In this document: in pieces, positions 62,346 to 64,000 of the stretch | Position numbering within the stretch: the stretch's first letter is position 1 | Layout of the letters: every line of letters starts with the position of its first letter | Position numbers and translations under genes: made by a program | The notes under the pieces: model-generated | Seen by the model: only the letters and a program-made list of their open reading frames with translations | The model's database searches: none | Told to the model about the DNA's origin: nothing | NCBI GenBank assembly: GCA_963575745.1 | Contig: CAUYUJ010000241.1 | Span: 1-64,000, forward strand | DNA from: Prorocentrum cordatum | Taxonomy: Eukaryota | Direction: 5' to 3' | DNA length: 64,000 nucleotides

Positions 62346-63905
62346 ATGGGCCCTGCCGCCTGCGACCGCCCGCACCATGTTGTACATCGTCTCGATGGTG
62401 GTGAGGATGTTGATACGGAGATTGCTTCCTCTGGTGGCCGTGATTCCTCTGAGGAGCCCCGCCGCTCTGCCTCTCGGAGCGGTGGCAGCCGAGGTGCCCG
62501 TCGTGCCGCTCGCACTCGGCCTCCCTCCCACGGCAACGCTGGTCCCGCCCTTGAGCCCTCTCGCCGTGCTCGCCGTGCTGGCCGCGCTCGTGGTGCTGGC
62601 GGGGACGTCCCTGTGTCTCCTGGTGTTGCTGCCTCGCATCGGGGCCCCGACCCCGCGGCTCTGGGAGCATCTCGGGGTGCTCAGGCTATGCCCTTGGACG
62701 AATGGGACGACACCAAGCGTGCACAAGTGGCTGCAGAACTCGAGATGGCTGCTACCTTCCCGTCGCAGGAGGCGCGGCCCGACCCGAATGCCACCCCGCA
62801 GGGCCCTGCTGCTGGGCTCTTCGACCCCTGGGCCGCGGCGGCGGGGGCGGGCGCTGCCCCGCGGGCTCAGGCTGCTGCTTGTGGTGCTCCTGATTGTGGC
62901 GAAGAGGAGGAGCATGCCGCCTTCACTCGGGCCTTCTACCATGCCGACATATCCGCGAGGTTCCTGCAGCTGCGCAATGAGTTCGACAATATCGTCACCA
63001 CGGCCATCACCAATTCTGTTCAGCAGTCTAACGCTCCCATCGTTGCCACGCTCGCCACACTTCAGAAGCAGCTCTCCTCGCAGCACACATCCATTGATCA
63101 GCAGGTCATGGCATCGGTACGTCCGCAGTTTGATTCCATGCAGCGCCAGTTTCAGGAGCAGCATGATGCCCTATGCCGTCGTGTCGACTACACTGAGCGG
63201 GACATCGAGGCCCAGGCTGCCAAACTGGCTGAGCTGCAGAAGCAGGTCGAGGAGCTACGCCGCCAGAATGAGTTGGATCGACAACTCCCGTCGCGTCCCC
63301 CTGCCCCTCCTGGTTTCGACCGCGAGATCGATCCGACGCAGGTCATTGTGGTCTCATCCAAGCTCGTCGGTTTGGCTGGCGTCCGTGAAGTGGTCAACTC
63401 CTTCTTGGGCGAGCTCAACTTCTCCGAGGACGACACGTACACGATCCAAGCACTCACGCCGCTCCCCGCCAAAAAGTTTGCCGTGTGCTTCTCTGGGCCG
63501 ATCGGGCTGGCTTCCCGACGTGTGCAAAAGGCCCTCGCTAACCTCAAGTCGGACGGAGCATGGCGGGTCTTTCAGTGCCCAGCTCAAGGTGCTGACCCAG
63601 CCCGTCTTCACTTTGGTCCTGACAAGTCGCCGAAACAAGTTCGTGGTGAGATGCTCCTTCGTAAGGTCCGCTCTTCCCTCATGGAGCTTGACAGTCAGAG
63701 AAAGTGGTTTGTCGATCGGGAGCGGGGTGTTCTTAAGTCTGACTACACCGACATCCTGCGTCTTGTCCCCCGGCCAGGCGATGAACCCCCTGAGCTCTCT
63801 TGGAACGACGTGGGGATCCGCGCCCTCGGCCTGGGCCGCCGTGACCCCCAGGATGCCATTCGGAACATCGCCACCGCGCCGACGGCCACCCAGTGGTGTC
63901 TTTAA
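62346..63905 (+). CDS. LINE ORF1-like protein (disordered N-terminus, coiled coil, putative RNA-binding C-terminal half)
   Basis: GCCGCCATGG start context; heptad-rich QFDSMQRQFQEQHDALCRRVDYTERDIEAQAAKLAELQKQVEELRRQ; lies between the SL and the endonuclease motif. Confidence 0.8.
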   Translation: MGPAACDRPHHVVHRLDGGEDVDTEIASSGGRDSSEEPRRSASRSGGSRGARRAARTRPPSHGNAGPALEPSRRARRAGRARGAGGDVPVSPGVAASHRGPDPAALGASRGAQAMPLDEWDDTKRAQVAAELEMAATFPSQEARPDPNATPQGPAAGLFDPWAAAAGAGAAPRAQAAACGAPDCGEEEEHAAFTRAFYHADISARFLQLRNEFDNIVTTAITNSVQQSNAPIVATLATLQKQLSSQHTSIDQQVMASVRPQFDSMQRQFQEQHDALCRRVDYTERDIEAQAAKLAELQKQVEELRRQNELDRQLPSRPPAPPGFDREIDPTQVIVVSSKLVGLAGVREVVNSFLGELNFSEDDTYTIQALTPLPAKKFAVCFSGPIGLASRRVQKALANLKSDGAWRVFQCPAQGADPARLHFGPDKSPKQVRGEMLLRKVRSSLMELDSQRKWFVDRERGVLKSDYTDILRLVPRPGDEPPELSWNDVGIRALGLGRRDPQDAIRNIATAPTATQWCL

Positions 63906-64000
63906 CGCCATTACTGATCTATTTGTGCTTCCAGTGGGGCAGGTCGGCGGAGAGATCTCAGCCAGCCTCACATTCATGACTTGGAATGCACACGCTCTTC
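63901..64000 (+). CDS. LINE ORF2 N-terminus (APE-type endonuclease), truncated by window; true start uncertain
   Basis: +1 frame relative to ORF1 reads FNAITDLFVLPVGQVGGEISASLTFMTWNAHAL; ATG at 63976. Confidence 0.7.

Larger units (their letters stand above)
62182..64000 (+). mobile_element. SL-headed non-LTR retrotransposon (LINE), 5' part, apparently intact
   Basis: DinoSL, ~140-nt UTR, uninterrupted 519-aa ORF1, then LTFMTWNAHAL, a typical N-terminus of an APE/EEP endonuclease, at the window edge. Confidence 0.85.

Overview
This is repeat-saturated, GC-rich eukaryotic DNA, almost certainly a dinoflagellate nucleus: it carries copies of the dinoflagellate spliced leader DCCGTAGCCATTTTGGCTCAAG and uses GC/GA splice donors. 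Most listed ORFs are low-complexity artefacts. From at least 1379 onward the window lies inside one + strand gene, a predicted ABC-class P-loop ATPase (PF09818/COG3044-like). Six tiny exons (1379-1439, 13683-13744, 19452-19514, 38641-38910, 51719-51751, 60313-60336) join in frame to 118 aa including Walker A GGGFHGKST and Walker B MLIDE. The introns are 5.7-19 kb and none has a GT donor. The most striking feature is in exon 4, which is interrupted by a ~152-bp near-perfect hairpin flanked by an ATATCC direct repeat. It carries an in-frame stop and has no AG at its 3' junction, so it is either a non-canonical hairpin intron/introner or a gene-inactivating MITE. The introns hold five sense-oriented retro-insertions headed by the spliced leader, including an apparently intact LINE (ORF1 plus the start of an APE endonuclease) and a decayed EN-RT LINE. 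They also hold three Helentron/DINE-like elements with co-varying ends, a 7-copy MITE family with 8-bp TSDs, foldback elements, and many mini- and microsatellites. All family assignments come from motif recognition by eye; no searches were run.
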